DNA of 64,000 nucleotides from an uncultured Gammaproteobacteria bacterium (GTDB lineage: Bacteria > Patescibacteriota > Microgenomatia > Levybacterales > UBA12049). The translations under genes and the position numbers were made by a program. The stretch's first letter is position 1. Every line of letters begins with the position of its first letter. This document shows positions 35,387 through 44,266 of this stretch, piece after piece. The DNA is taken from positions 377,316 through 441,315 of the forward strand of contig OZ246394.1 in assembly GCA_965230895.1 (NCBI GenBank). The letters run 5' to 3'. A model generated the notes under the pieces. The model searched no databases, was not told the DNA's origin, and worked only from the letters and a program-made list of their open reading frames with translations.

Positions 35387-38023
35387 TTATTTGTATAGAG
35401 GGTTTTTTAAAAGATAGTCATTTATAATAATTTGTTCCTTTACTATTTTTTCAAAATCTACATCTGAATTTAACGCAAAATCAGCATTTTTGAAGTTTTG
35501 ATTAAAGAAAATTACTGCTTTAATCTTAGGATAGCTTGGTAATGTTACAAGAGCGTCTTTAAACCACTGTTCTTTATCTCCACCTTTACTTGTCGTGGAT
35601 GTTTCTGCAAGCATAATTGGTTTGTTCAATTTATCCAATTCTCCATAGGCTTTACCTATTGTTTGATCAAGAGTAAGCCATTTTGTTTTTGCATTTGAAC
35701 TTCCCCAATTAAATCCACTGAACCCTACCCAATCAACATACTCATCGCCTGGGTAATATGAAAGCATTGATGATGTACTTCCATGACTGTCTGTATTATT
35801 AGGAGCCCAGACCCAGACAACATTGGTTGCACCTTCTTCTTCAAAGATGTTATGAACATGTCTCCACATCGCGATATATGTTTTAGGGTCATTTTTGCTA
35901 CCCCACGGATACCAATCTCCATTCATCTCATGCGCAAATCGTAAGAAAACAGGCTGTTTAAAATCAGCTGCCTCTTTTGCAAATTTTCTTATGTACTCAT
36001 CATGGTCACCTTCAATGATTGATTGGGGAGAATAAATATTCTTCGCGGAAGGATCAGTACTAAATTTTTTAGATTCCCATGGTTCCCAAGTAATTATTGG
36101 AACAAGATTATTTTCAGAAAGTTTTTGTACATATACTTTGTCAAATGTATTGGTTGATGACCAATCCTGATAGTACATACTTAAAGATGTTTTTTCCTCA
36201 GGTATTGTAGTTAACTTAAAGTTGTTTGAATGAGCATTAAGAGAGGGGTGATAATATCCATAGTATACACCACTTGCCGGAACCAATAACTCTTTTTGAG
36301 GAGTTGGTGAAATTTGCTCGCTTAAGGTTTTCAAACTGGCAGATGTTTGAAATTCTGGGATAGTGGTGACATAATAACCAATTAATCCCATGACTACTAC
36401 TGCCGTTAAACCGCGTGTCAATAAAGAATAACCAAAGGTGTTACTCATGATTCGTGAAGTACTATTTTTGATTGCGAATACTATGTTTTCGAAAACTGAA
36501 AAGTCGTAATTTTCTCTAACGATAAGGTAAAATCCTAAACTCAATATAATGACATCAAAAGCAGCCCAAAAGAAATTAAGAAGAGCACCTACATTACCAA
36601 CGGCATGTTGATACCCGTACAATAACCCACATGCTAATAAAATAGCGACAATCCCTTGAAGTTTATAAACAGCGAAAGGATTTTCTTTCTCATATTTCTT
36701 AATAGTTACAATAAAGGAAAGTTCTTTTTTAAACACACTCGAAAGGAATGCGCTTACAAATATTGGAAACGAAGCAATATCTAGTACAAGACTTTTGATA
36801 GGATTTCGGAAAAGTGTAGCATAAAGGATACTGTTATACAGTAACAACGGACCATAAACAAATGCGAGATACTGCCATGTATTTGCATTTACAAGGGCAA
36901 GACCAAAGAATAAATATGGTAATGGAGCAAGCATTAGGATCAAATCACGAACACCGATCAAATAATATGATGCAGATAACAAATAATGAAACTTTTGTCT
37001 TATTGTTAAAGGACCAAATACTATTTGTTTTAGGTAATGAAATGAAACATCAAAACTTCCTTTTGCCCAACGTTGTTGTTGACTAAAGTATTGTTTCAAT
37101 GAAGAAGGAGCAATACCTTCAGCGAGGACTTCAGGAATAAATACACCTTTACTGCCTCTTAAATGAAGCTCCAACGAAGTTGCATAGTCTTCAGTAATAA
37201 ACTTAGTATCCATTCCACCAATGCTATCTAATGCGCTTCTTCGAATCGCAAAATTTGTACCGCATAAGAAAAGTGCATTATCATGTCCTTTAGAGTCACA
37301 TATGTGGTCAAAGAAGAAGATTTGATGCGCTGCAGAAGCTTTTGCAACCCATGTTTTTTCATTTTTGTATCTTTGTGGACTTTGCGCAAAATCAATTGAA
37401 GGATTATTAAATGGTTTAGCTATCTCAGTTAGGAAATGCTCTTTTACAGCAAAATCGGCATCAAGTACAATATCTAATGTATTAAAAGCATCTTGTGCTG
37501 GAATTTCTCGCAGACCATTATTGATATTACCTGCCTTAAATCCTCCACCTACAGAACGTGCAATATGGATTACATCCAGCTCTTCTGCTAAGGCTTGAAT
37601 GTCTCTCCAATTGTCTTTATTTGCAGCTTTACCGTCATTTAATACGATAACTTTAGGTTGTACATTTGGGTTAGTAGTACTAATGTAATAATCTCTAGCT
37701 TTCTTTGCTGCCAAAATAGTTTCTCTTATTACTTCTTCTGGCTCTCCGCAGACGCAAATAAACATATTCATTTCTACATTCTTATTCTCATTTACCGCAG
37801 TGTAACGTCTGTATTTTCGAGGCCAAAGAGAATAAAACATTCCATAGAGATGAAATATTGTATGGAGTTCAGCAATGAAAAGAATAATACTAAACACCAT
37901 CAAGGCTGGGGAGAAATTAATAAAAGTAATTCTATAGAAGAAATAGACAGTAAGAAGCATCGCTCCGCTCAGAAGAAGGGAACGCAATCCTATACTTTTT
38001 AAGAACGTCTTAAAATCATTCAT
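35387..38023 (-). CDS. Cellulose-synthase-like processive GT2 (BcsA-like) fused to a C-terminal clan GH-A (GH26-like) glycoside hydrolase domain
   Basis: GT2: …VLDADF…, …FITEDYATS… (TED), …QQQRWAKGS… (QxxRW), multiple TM; C-terminal: …LRFAHEMNGDWYPWG…, …YYPGDEYVDWVGFSGFN…, …IMLAETS…. Confidence 0.8.
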   Translation of the reverse strand: MNDFKTFLKSIGLRSLLLSGAMLLTVYFFYRITFINFSPALMVFSIILFIAELHTIFHLYGMFYSLWPRKYRRYTAVNENKNVEMNMFICVCGEPEEVIRETILAAKKARDYYISTTNPNVQPKVIVLNDGKAANKDNWRDIQALAEELDVIHIARSVGGGFKAGNINNGLREIPAQDAFNTLDIVLDADFAVKEHFLTEIAKPFNNPSIDFAQSPQRYKNEKTWVAKASAAHQIFFFDHICDSKGHDNALFLCGTNFAIRRSALDSIGGMDTKFITEDYATSLELHLRGSKGVFIPEVLAEGIAPSSLKQYFSQQQRWAKGSFDVSFHYLKQIVFGPLTIRQKFHYLLSASYYLIGVRDLILMLAPLPYLFFGLALVNANTWQYLAFVYGPLLLYNSILYATLFRNPIKSLVLDIASFPIFVSAFLSSVFKKELSFIVTIKKYEKENPFAVYKLQGIVAILLACGLLYGYQHAVGNVGALLNFFWAAFDVIILSLGFYLIVRENYDFSVFENIVFAIKNSTSRIMSNTFGYSLLTRGLTAVVVMGLIGYYVTTIPEFQTSASLKTLSEQISPTPQKELLVPASGVYYGYYHPSLNAHSNNFKLTTIPEEKTSLSMYYQDWSSTNTFDKVYVQKLSENNLVPIITWEPWESKKFSTDPSAKNIYSPQSIIEGDHDEYIRKFAKEAADFKQPVFLRFAHEMNGDWYPWGSKNDPKTYIAMWRHVHNIFEEEGATNVVWVWAPNNTDSHGSTSSMLSYYPGDEYVDWVGFSGFNWGSSNAKTKWLTLDQTIGKAYGELDKLNKPIMLAETSTTSKGGDKEQWFKDALVTLPSYPKIKAVIFFNQNFKNADFALNSDVDFEKIVKEQIIINDYLLKNPLYK

Positions 38024-38068
38024 GGACTATAGGATATCATAAATACGTCCAAAAGTCAAGCTATAGGT

Positions 38069-39151
38069 CTATAAAGAGGTTTTAAATGCGTTGAGGCTTG
38101 ATGAGGATGAATCTATTCTCCAATCGGCTTCTTTTATTAAATTAAACCAAATAACCTCATTTACCCTTGGAAAAGCGGTATGAATCGAATAGAACATATC
38201 ATTTACCCAAGCTTCTTTATTGCCCCCTTGTTCGGAAGAAGCAATCTCGGCAATTATTATGGGCTTATCATATTGAGCAGCAATATATTGATAGGTTGGC
38301 TGAAAGAGTGCACTAAAAGACCTCCAGCCCCCATAACTACGTGTTGTTCCGAAGTTAAAGCCATCAATACCTATAACATCAACTACATCGCTTCCTGGAT
38401 AATATCCATTTATTTCACTAGGATTTTCTGTTATATTCACGCACCACATCCATTGCACATTCGTAACTCCTTCTTGCTGGAAAACTGTATGTATATGACG
38501 GTAAGCTGCAATATATTCTTCAGGCCTCTTTCCCCACGGATACCAATCACCATTCATTTCATGCCCAAAGCGCAATGTGACAGGACTGCCGTATTGCTTT
38601 ATGGACTGGGCAAATTGTCTTATATATGTATCATGCGTTCCTTGGGAAATTTCTTTAAGGTAATCAACAGCTTGAGATGAGCCTTGTTCAGGGTTCCAGG
38701 GCTCCCAGGCCAGTTGTATTTTTTTCCTGCTTTGTTTACTGTATGTAAGTTGAGTAAGGTTAAAACCTTTATTATTTTGATTCCCAAATTGTTTAAAAAT
38801 AGAAAGTGTTGTTATATTTGTATCTAATTGTTTTTCTAAAGAAGTAACTGTATTTTGGTTATTTGCGTAGTCATCAACTACAACACCAAATAGTAGTGTA
38901 TTATTTTTCGGAACTACTGCTTGTATTGTGGGAGTCGGAGTCACAACTGTAATAGGTTTTGGTTTTGCAGTAGGAGTTGGTGTAATCTCTTGAAATCGAG
39001 TTGCTGTAGTTTTTTGACTGGCAGCAAAGGCTGGTTGTGTTGTTTTAGATTGTGATTTAAAAAAGAATGCAGTGAGCAAGGTACTACTTAAGACGATGAG
39101 AAGGAGCGTTATCATTGTTATATTTTTCTTAGAGAACTTAGTAAATTTCAT
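38069..39151 (-). CDS. Membrane-anchored clan GH-A (GH26-like) glycoside hydrolase, paralog of the C-terminal domain of the upstream fusion
   Basis: N-terminal TM; …LRFGHEMNGDWYPWG…, …YYPGSDVVDVIGIDGFN…, …IIIAEIAS…. Confidence 0.7.
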   Translation of the reverse strand: MKFTKFSKKNITMITLLLIVLSSTLLTAFFFKSQSKTTQPAFAASQKTTATRFQEITPTPTAKPKPITVVTPTPTIQAVVPKNNTLLFGVVVDDYANNQNTVTSLEKQLDTNITTLSIFKQFGNQNNKGFNLTQLTYSKQSRKKIQLAWEPWNPEQGSSQAVDYLKEISQGTHDTYIRQFAQSIKQYGSPVTLRFGHEMNGDWYPWGKRPEEYIAAYRHIHTVFQQEGVTNVQWMWCVNITENPSEINGYYPGSDVVDVIGIDGFNFGTTRSYGGWRSFSALFQPTYQYIAAQYDKPIIIAEIASSEQGGNKEAWVNDMFYSIHTAFPRVNEVIWFNLIKEADWRIDSSSSSLNAFKTSL

Positions 39152-39260
39152 GATCCAGTGTGAGCACGATCAGGATATATGAAATCACTTAATGTGTCAA
39201 GAAGATATTTGCTGTTTAGCCTGATTTAACAGGAGAATTGCGTAAGAAGATCGCGTAAGC

Positions 39261-42035
39261 TTAGTTAGCTGATAGACTAACAGAGTCGATATAGATAGGG
39301 AATGTACTGTTTGGTGTTTTGTAATACTGAAGTCGTACACTTTTAACTGTTGCACTCGTAGGAGTATACGAGAAAGTTTTTGTTCCTGTTGATGCTCCAT
39401 TAACCATACCTTTCCATTGTCCTGAGACCCAAGTACCTGCTGCATCATATTCATCGATATAGAATCCGAATTCACCTGTTCCTGCAAGCGCCATTATGTA
39501 TTGTGTCCATGTATATGTTTTTGTTGAATCAACTGAAACACTAGAACTGAATGCGTGAGCGTAAGCTGTATTTGCTGGAATGAACAGACTGTTCGCTCCA
39601 TTGTTTCCCTTTGATGTAGTATCAATTGTTGTAACATCTCCTGTGTCATGAGTCCAATTTGATGCAAATCCACCTGCAACTGTTTCAAAACTACCGTTTG
39701 GAATTAAGTTAGTTACTACAGGTGTTGTAGTTGGTGTAGGCGTAACAGTACTTGTTGGTGTCACAGTTGGTGTTGGTGAAACTGTACCTGTAGGTGCTGC
39801 TGTGTTTGTCATACTATAGTTGTCTACAAATGCTGTCCCGTTAGAGTTTGCAGCCATGTATGTTTGAATGCCAATTCTTGATACAAGTGCACTAGTAGCT
39901 TTATATGTTTTTTCAATGCTTGTTACTGCACCATTTACAACTGATCCCAACCATTGACCAGAAATCCATGTTCCATTTATGTCATATTCATCGATATAGA
40001 AGCCAAGCTCCCCTGATGTAACTGCTGTTGCATCAGCTGTAGCTTTAAGCAAGTATGTAGCTGTTGTATCAATAGCGTTTAGGTTGTAGAACAAGTGAGA
40101 TGCTGTTGTTGTTCCTGTAAATTTAACTGCATTTTGGCCACCATTTGCATCAGCGACAACGTTTGCAGGTTTATCAGTAGTCCAACCATTTGAGATCCCT
40201 TGATCAAATGAACCATTTGTAATTACGTTCGTTGCTGCAGGTGTCGGAGTTGCAACCGCTGGACCAGTTAAACTATAGTTGTCAACATATGCTGTTCCGT
40301 TAGAGTTTGCAGCCATGTATGTTTGAATACCAATTCTCGCAACGAGATTACTTGTAGCTTTATAAGCTTTTTGGAAAGTTGACGTTACACCGTTAGATAC
40401 ATTACCAAGCCACTGTCCTGATATCCAAGTACCTGCTGCATTGTATTCATCAATATAAAAACCAAGTTCTCCACTAGTAAGACCATTTGCGTTTACCGTT
40501 GAACTAAGAAGGTATGTAGCTGTTGTATCAATAGCGTTTAGGTTGTAGAACAAGTGAGATGCTGTTGTTGTTCCTGTAAATTTAACTGCATTTTGGCCAC
40601 CATTTGCATCAGCGACAACGTTTGCAGGTTTATCAGTAGTCCAACCATTTGAGATCCCTTGATCAAATGAACCATTTGTAATTACGTTCGTTGCTGCAGG
40701 TGTTGGCGTAGGTGTACCACTTACACTAGCTGTAGGAGTTGGAGTTACACTTGTTGTTGGCGCAGGTGTACCATCCAAGTTGTATACTTGAACACTATCA
40801 ACATATGCTGTACCTGTTGCACCCGCTGTAAGGTATGTCTGTACTCGGATAGTATTTACCAATTCAGAAGTTGCGTTATAAAGCTTTGTGAAGAATCCAA
40901 TTGTACCATTTGTAACCATACCCAACCATTGTCCTGAGGTCCAGTTACCATTTGCATCATATTCATCGACGTAGAATCCGAGTTCACCTGATGTTAAGCC
41001 AAGCGAATTAACGAAAGCGTCCAATACATAACTTGAATTGTATGATACTTGTACATTTCCTGAGAATAAATGTCCTTCAGTTGCAGTTCCAGTCAAGTTA
41101 ATAGATTGTACTGGTGAACCGTAATTACCATTATTTCCATTGTCAGCAGCTACACCAGCAGCATTATCTGTTGTCCAACCGTCAGCGAGACCATTTTCAA
41201 ATCCTGAGTTTTGCAAGATGTTCACTCCTGGGATTGTAATTCCCTGTTCAGTTGTAACGACTTGGATTTGTCCTGCATTAACCTTTGTTTGAACATAACT
41301 CGCCATTGTTGTAAGGTTTGCTGTTGTTACTGTATATTCATAATTTGGATTTTTCTTTGTTGCTGTGTCATGGAACACAAGGATCAACCATCGCTTTTCA
41401 GTGATTGCTTGATCAACCCATGCTTGGACTTGTGCTGATGTTGTCGCGTCATTAACGTCTTGTACCATTAATATATCTTTATGAAGTGGGTTACTATTTA
41501 ATGCATCTCGATCTGCAAAACCTCTGTGAGACTTATACAATTTCAAAATTTCAGTTAATGTCATGGTATCGTATGCACCAAACGGTGAAGCAAAGTTAGT
41601 AACGTTTAATCCATTTGCTTTAAATGCTGCGTTTGAATTTGCAAGTTCTGCTACGTTTTGTTCTCGTGTAATTGTAGGCATTTCAGCATGGTCTACTGTG
41701 TGACCACCGATTTCCCAACCATAAACGTTTTGGAGTTCTCGTACTTGGTCCCAAGTAATTCCTGGTTGGTTATCATCTAGCGTAGCTGTACCATCTGGAA
41801 CACCAGATGTGAGGTAGAGAACACCATCAATACCATGTGCTTCAAGAATTGGAGCTGCGAGTGTTCGAGTTGATGCAAATCCATCGTCAAATGTGAAGGA
41901 AACTCGTGCACGATCAAGATCTGAGATACTATTTAATCGAGCTGCTTGAGCAATTGGTGCTTGCGCCAAGAAGAGGACCGCACTCAAAACGATTGCGGTT
42001 AATGCTCGTACTATTTTATTAGTTAATGTATTCAT
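39261..42035 (-). CDS. Large secreted surface protein (paralog of 32913-35243): NodB deacetylase + 4 CBM-like modules; contains a 202-bp perfect intragenic direct repeat
   Basis: N-terminal ~200 aa nearly identical to the paralog (…RVSFTFDDGFASTRTLAAPILEA…); modules with …GELGFYIDEY…SGQWLG…; identical DNA at 40053-40254 and 40512-40713. Confidence 0.8.
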   Translation of the reverse strand: MNTLTNKIVRALTAIVLSAVLFLAQAPIAQAARLNSISDLDRARVSFTFDDGFASTRTLAAPILEAHGIDGVLYLTSGVPDGTATLDDNQPGITWDQVRELQNVYGWEIGGHTVDHAEMPTITREQNVAELANSNAAFKANGLNVTNFASPFGAYDTMTLTEILKLYKSHRGFADRDALNSNPLHKDILMVQDVNDATTSAQVQAWVDQAITEKRWLILVFHDTATKKNPNYEYTVTTANLTTMASYVQTKVNAGQIQVVTTEQGITIPGVNILQNSGFENGLADGWTTDNAAGVAADNGNNGNYGSPVQSINLTGTATEGHLFSGNVQVSYNSSYVLDAFVNSLGLTSGELGFYVDEYDANGNWTSGQWLGMVTNGTIGFFTKLYNATSELVNTIRVQTYLTAGATGTAYVDSVQVYNLDGTPAPTTSVTPTPTASVSGTPTPTPAATNVITNGSFDQGISNGWTTDKPANVVADANGGQNAVKFTGTTTASHLFYNLNAIDTTATYLLSSTVNANGLTSGELGFYIDEYNAAGTWISGQWLGNVSNGVTSTFQKAYKATSNLVARIGIQTYMAANSNGTAYVDNYSLTGPAVATPTPAATNVITNGSFDQGISNGWTTDKPANVVADANGGQNAVKFTGTTTASHLFYNLNAIDTTATYLLKATADATAVTSGELGFYIDEYDINGTWISGQWLGSVVNGAVTSIEKTYKATSALVSRIGIQTYMAANSNGTAFVDNYSMTNTAAPTGTVSPTPTVTPTSTVTPTPTTTPVVTNLIPNGSFETVAGGFASNWTHDTGDVTTIDTTSKGNNGANSLFIPANTAYAHAFSSSVSVDSTKTYTWTQYIMALAGTGEFGFYIDEYDAAGTWVSGQWKGMVNGASTGTKTFSYTPTSATVKSVRLQYYKTPNSTFPIYIDSVSLSAN

Positions 42036-42141
42036 ATATATTTATTAACAATTAAATGTTAAATTTATAAGACTCATAGTAACATATATAGAACCTTATG
42101 TCAATATATTAAATAACTTATAGTTATATATTGACTTGAAC

Positions 42142-42732
42142 TTATTTTTCGTTAGAAAGTTCTATCTTTACTAATGCAGCTTTTACAATATATTGCTTGT
42201 TCGAGAACGTTTCATCTGATGTAACAAGAGTCAAAATAGGTGTTTTTGTTGGTGCAAAAACATTTGTATCTGTTGTTTTTGCCAATCTTGAAGAAGTTAC
42301 TTTATATGTTGCTTTTTGACCGTTACCATAGACTACAATTTCAGTATTATTATTAAGTTGTTGGATTCGAGTAAATCCATCAAGTCTATCGTTTGCAAAA
42401 AGTCCAACGTTTCCTTCTTTATCATTGACCAAGCTTGTGCCTTCAGCAAAGTTGGCAACATGTGGAAGAAGCTCCCAAGTACCATCTCTTAATGGTACTG
42501 AAAATACTGGAAGGTCAATTTCTACAGAAGAGATAACGATTCGTTCAGGAGTGAAAGCTGATAATGTCTTAACAGGAGTAACTGTTGGTGTCTTTGATGC
42601 AAATGGCGTTGCTGTCAATTCTTGAGAATTAGCTACAGTAGATGACACACCAGTACCAAGCGCACCAAGTTGCGCGATACTAGCAAAAGCCGCCAAAACA
42701 AAAATAGTTGTATAAACACTTACTTTCTTCAT
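42142..42732 (-). CDS. Sortase-fold paralog with all three catalytic residues substituted (degenerate / pseudo-sortase)
   Basis: Aligns along its length with the sortase at 30688-31308, but GLFGHAQ→GLFANDR (His→Asn), TLITCDG→TLVTSDE (Cys→Ser), VRAEL→VKAAL (Arg→Lys). Confidence 0.7.
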   Translation of the reverse strand: MKKVSVYTTIFVLAAFASIAQLGALGTGVSSTVANSQELTATPFASKTPTVTPVKTLSAFTPERIVISSVEIDLPVFSVPLRDGTWELLPHVANFAEGTSLVNDKEGNVGLFANDRLDGFTRIQQLNNNTEIVVYGNGQKATYKVTSSRLAKTTDTNVFAPTKTPILTLVTSDETFSNKQYIVKAALVKIELSNEK

Positions 42733-42745
42733 ATCGTTAATTGAC

Positions 42746-42931
42746 TTATTTAGCTCTATTAACTAAATATCGACTGATTTGACCTGCTAAGATAACAAGC
42801 CATACGACATTAAGTACTATAAAACCTGCAAGTACAATCGGATTACTTAAGTCAGCAAAGAATGCTCCTGCTGCTGAAGTAGCCGGTAATACCGCTGCGC
42901 CTAATACTTGTCCTTTTCCGTAATCTGTCAT
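42746..42931 (-). CDS. 61-aa mini-protein, paralog of 31314-31493 (MTDYGKGQVLGAAVLPATSAAG-TM-ISRYLVNRAK)
   Basis: Same architecture and invariant LPATSAAG; same position between GT2 and sortase homolog. Confidence 0.5.
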   Translation of the reverse strand: MTDYGKGQVLGAAVLPATSAAGAFFADLSNPIVLAGFIVLNVVWLVILAGQISRYLVNRAK

Positions 42932-42946
42932 AGCTTTCTCCTTTCG

Positions 42947-44209
42947 TTAGTTTTTTGTACCCCACTTTGTTGAGAATCCTGCCTTATTGAAGGCTGCGAG
43001 TCCCCAGTTATATGGAGCATTGAATAATGATATTCTTGTTGCAATTGGCTTAAAGACTTTGTTGTATACGATAAATAAGTATGATCCGAGCAAGATAAGA
43101 CTTAACAAGTTACTGTAAATAAGTTCTGGAAGAACGGTTAACTTCATTAACCAATCTCTCTTATCACTATCTTCATATAAAGATAATGAAACGACATTAA
43201 AGATGAATGCTACAAGGAAGTTGAATAATGAAAGAGCGAATAATATAAGTACTGTTTCTGGATTACTTGTTTCAGTTCGTACAAAAAAGAATGACAACAC
43301 AATCAATCCAAAAAGACTGATGAACAACATATGTCCGATAAGATCTTGGTAAATAACATCAAATTTCTTCCAGAATTCACCCAACACATGGAGTCCACCA
43401 CTTACCCATCGAACACGCTGTTTCCAGAGTGCTTCGATTGATTCAGGAACTGTTGTCCATGCAATTGCTTTTTGAGCAATCTTTACATTCCAACCTTCAC
43501 TCTTCAATCGTGCTGTAATATCATAGTCTTCAATCAAGTGGCCTTTTGTAAAACCATTAATTTCTTTAACTGCTGCTGTTCGAAAAGCTGTTAACATGCC
43601 ATGCATTACAAGTGGTCCTTTTAAGAAACCATTGTCAGCAATCTTTGTGATATTAAAGTTATGGTATTCAAGTGCTTGCAATCGAGTTAAGAAGTTTTTG
43701 TTCTTATTAATAACTCGTACTTCAGAACAGACGGCACCGACTGTATCGTCAGAATACAATGTCGCAACCATTTGTGGAACTGTGTTCTTAGTAATGATCA
43801 CATCATCATCGAAAGTGAAGATAACATCTGGAACATGCTTGAGACTCAAGACATATTCAATACCATGATTTAAGGCCGCTGCTTTTAACTCATTTTTAGG
43901 AGTTCGCAAATAAGCCATATTATTGTGTTCGTTTGCAAGAGCTTTGATTTTGTTAAGTGTCTTAAGATTTTTTTCAGTTTCTGGAGTACAATCATCAATG
44001 ACAACAAGAATTGCTTCAGGATGCCAATCAAGAATAGACTTAATTAGGTTATAGGTCATATCAGTTGGAGTATGAGTTGGTACCAGAATTGCAGGAAGTT
44101 TACTCTGAATAAGCTTCTCACTCATCAAGATTATTTCCTTTTTAGGAGCGAAAAAGTTCACGGATTCTTCCGCGATTCGTTTGAATGTATTTGTATTTTT
44201 TCTCTTCAT
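42947..44209 (-). CDS. Processive family-2 glycosyltransferase, paralog of 31535-32833
   Basis: …AILVVIDDCTPE…, …FTFDDDVI…, QxxRW …WKQRVRWVSGGL…; C-terminal TM helices. Confidence 0.8.
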   Translation of the reverse strand: MKRKNTNTFKRIAEESVNFFAPKKEIILMSEKLIQSKLPAILVPTHTPTDMTYNLIKSILDWHPEAILVVIDDCTPETEKNLKTLNKIKALANEHNNMAYLRTPKNELKAAALNHGIEYVLSLKHVPDVIFTFDDDVIITKNTVPQMVATLYSDDTVGAVCSEVRVINKNKNFLTRLQALEYHNFNITKIADNGFLKGPLVMHGMLTAFRTAAVKEINGFTKGHLIEDYDITARLKSEGWNVKIAQKAIAWTTVPESIEALWKQRVRWVSGGLHVLGEFWKKFDVIYQDLIGHMLFISLFGLIVLSFFFVRTETSNPETVLILFALSLFNFLVAFIFNVVSLSLYEDSDKRDWLMKLTVLPELIYSNLLSLILLGSYLFIVYNKVFKPIATRISLFNAPYNWGLAAFNKAGFSTKWGTKN

Positions 44210-44266
44210 GAAGTGTGATTATATAGGACGTCTTATAAGATGTCAATAGGGTAATATTATGGGGTA

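Noticed and set aside
40053-40713. Direct repeats (202 bp ×2) considered as a possible CRISPR array or insertion-sequence ends
   Set aside because: There are only two copies, 459 bp apart, in frame within a CDS and encoding identical CBM peptide segments. There are no spacer-like unique units and no cas or transposase genes.
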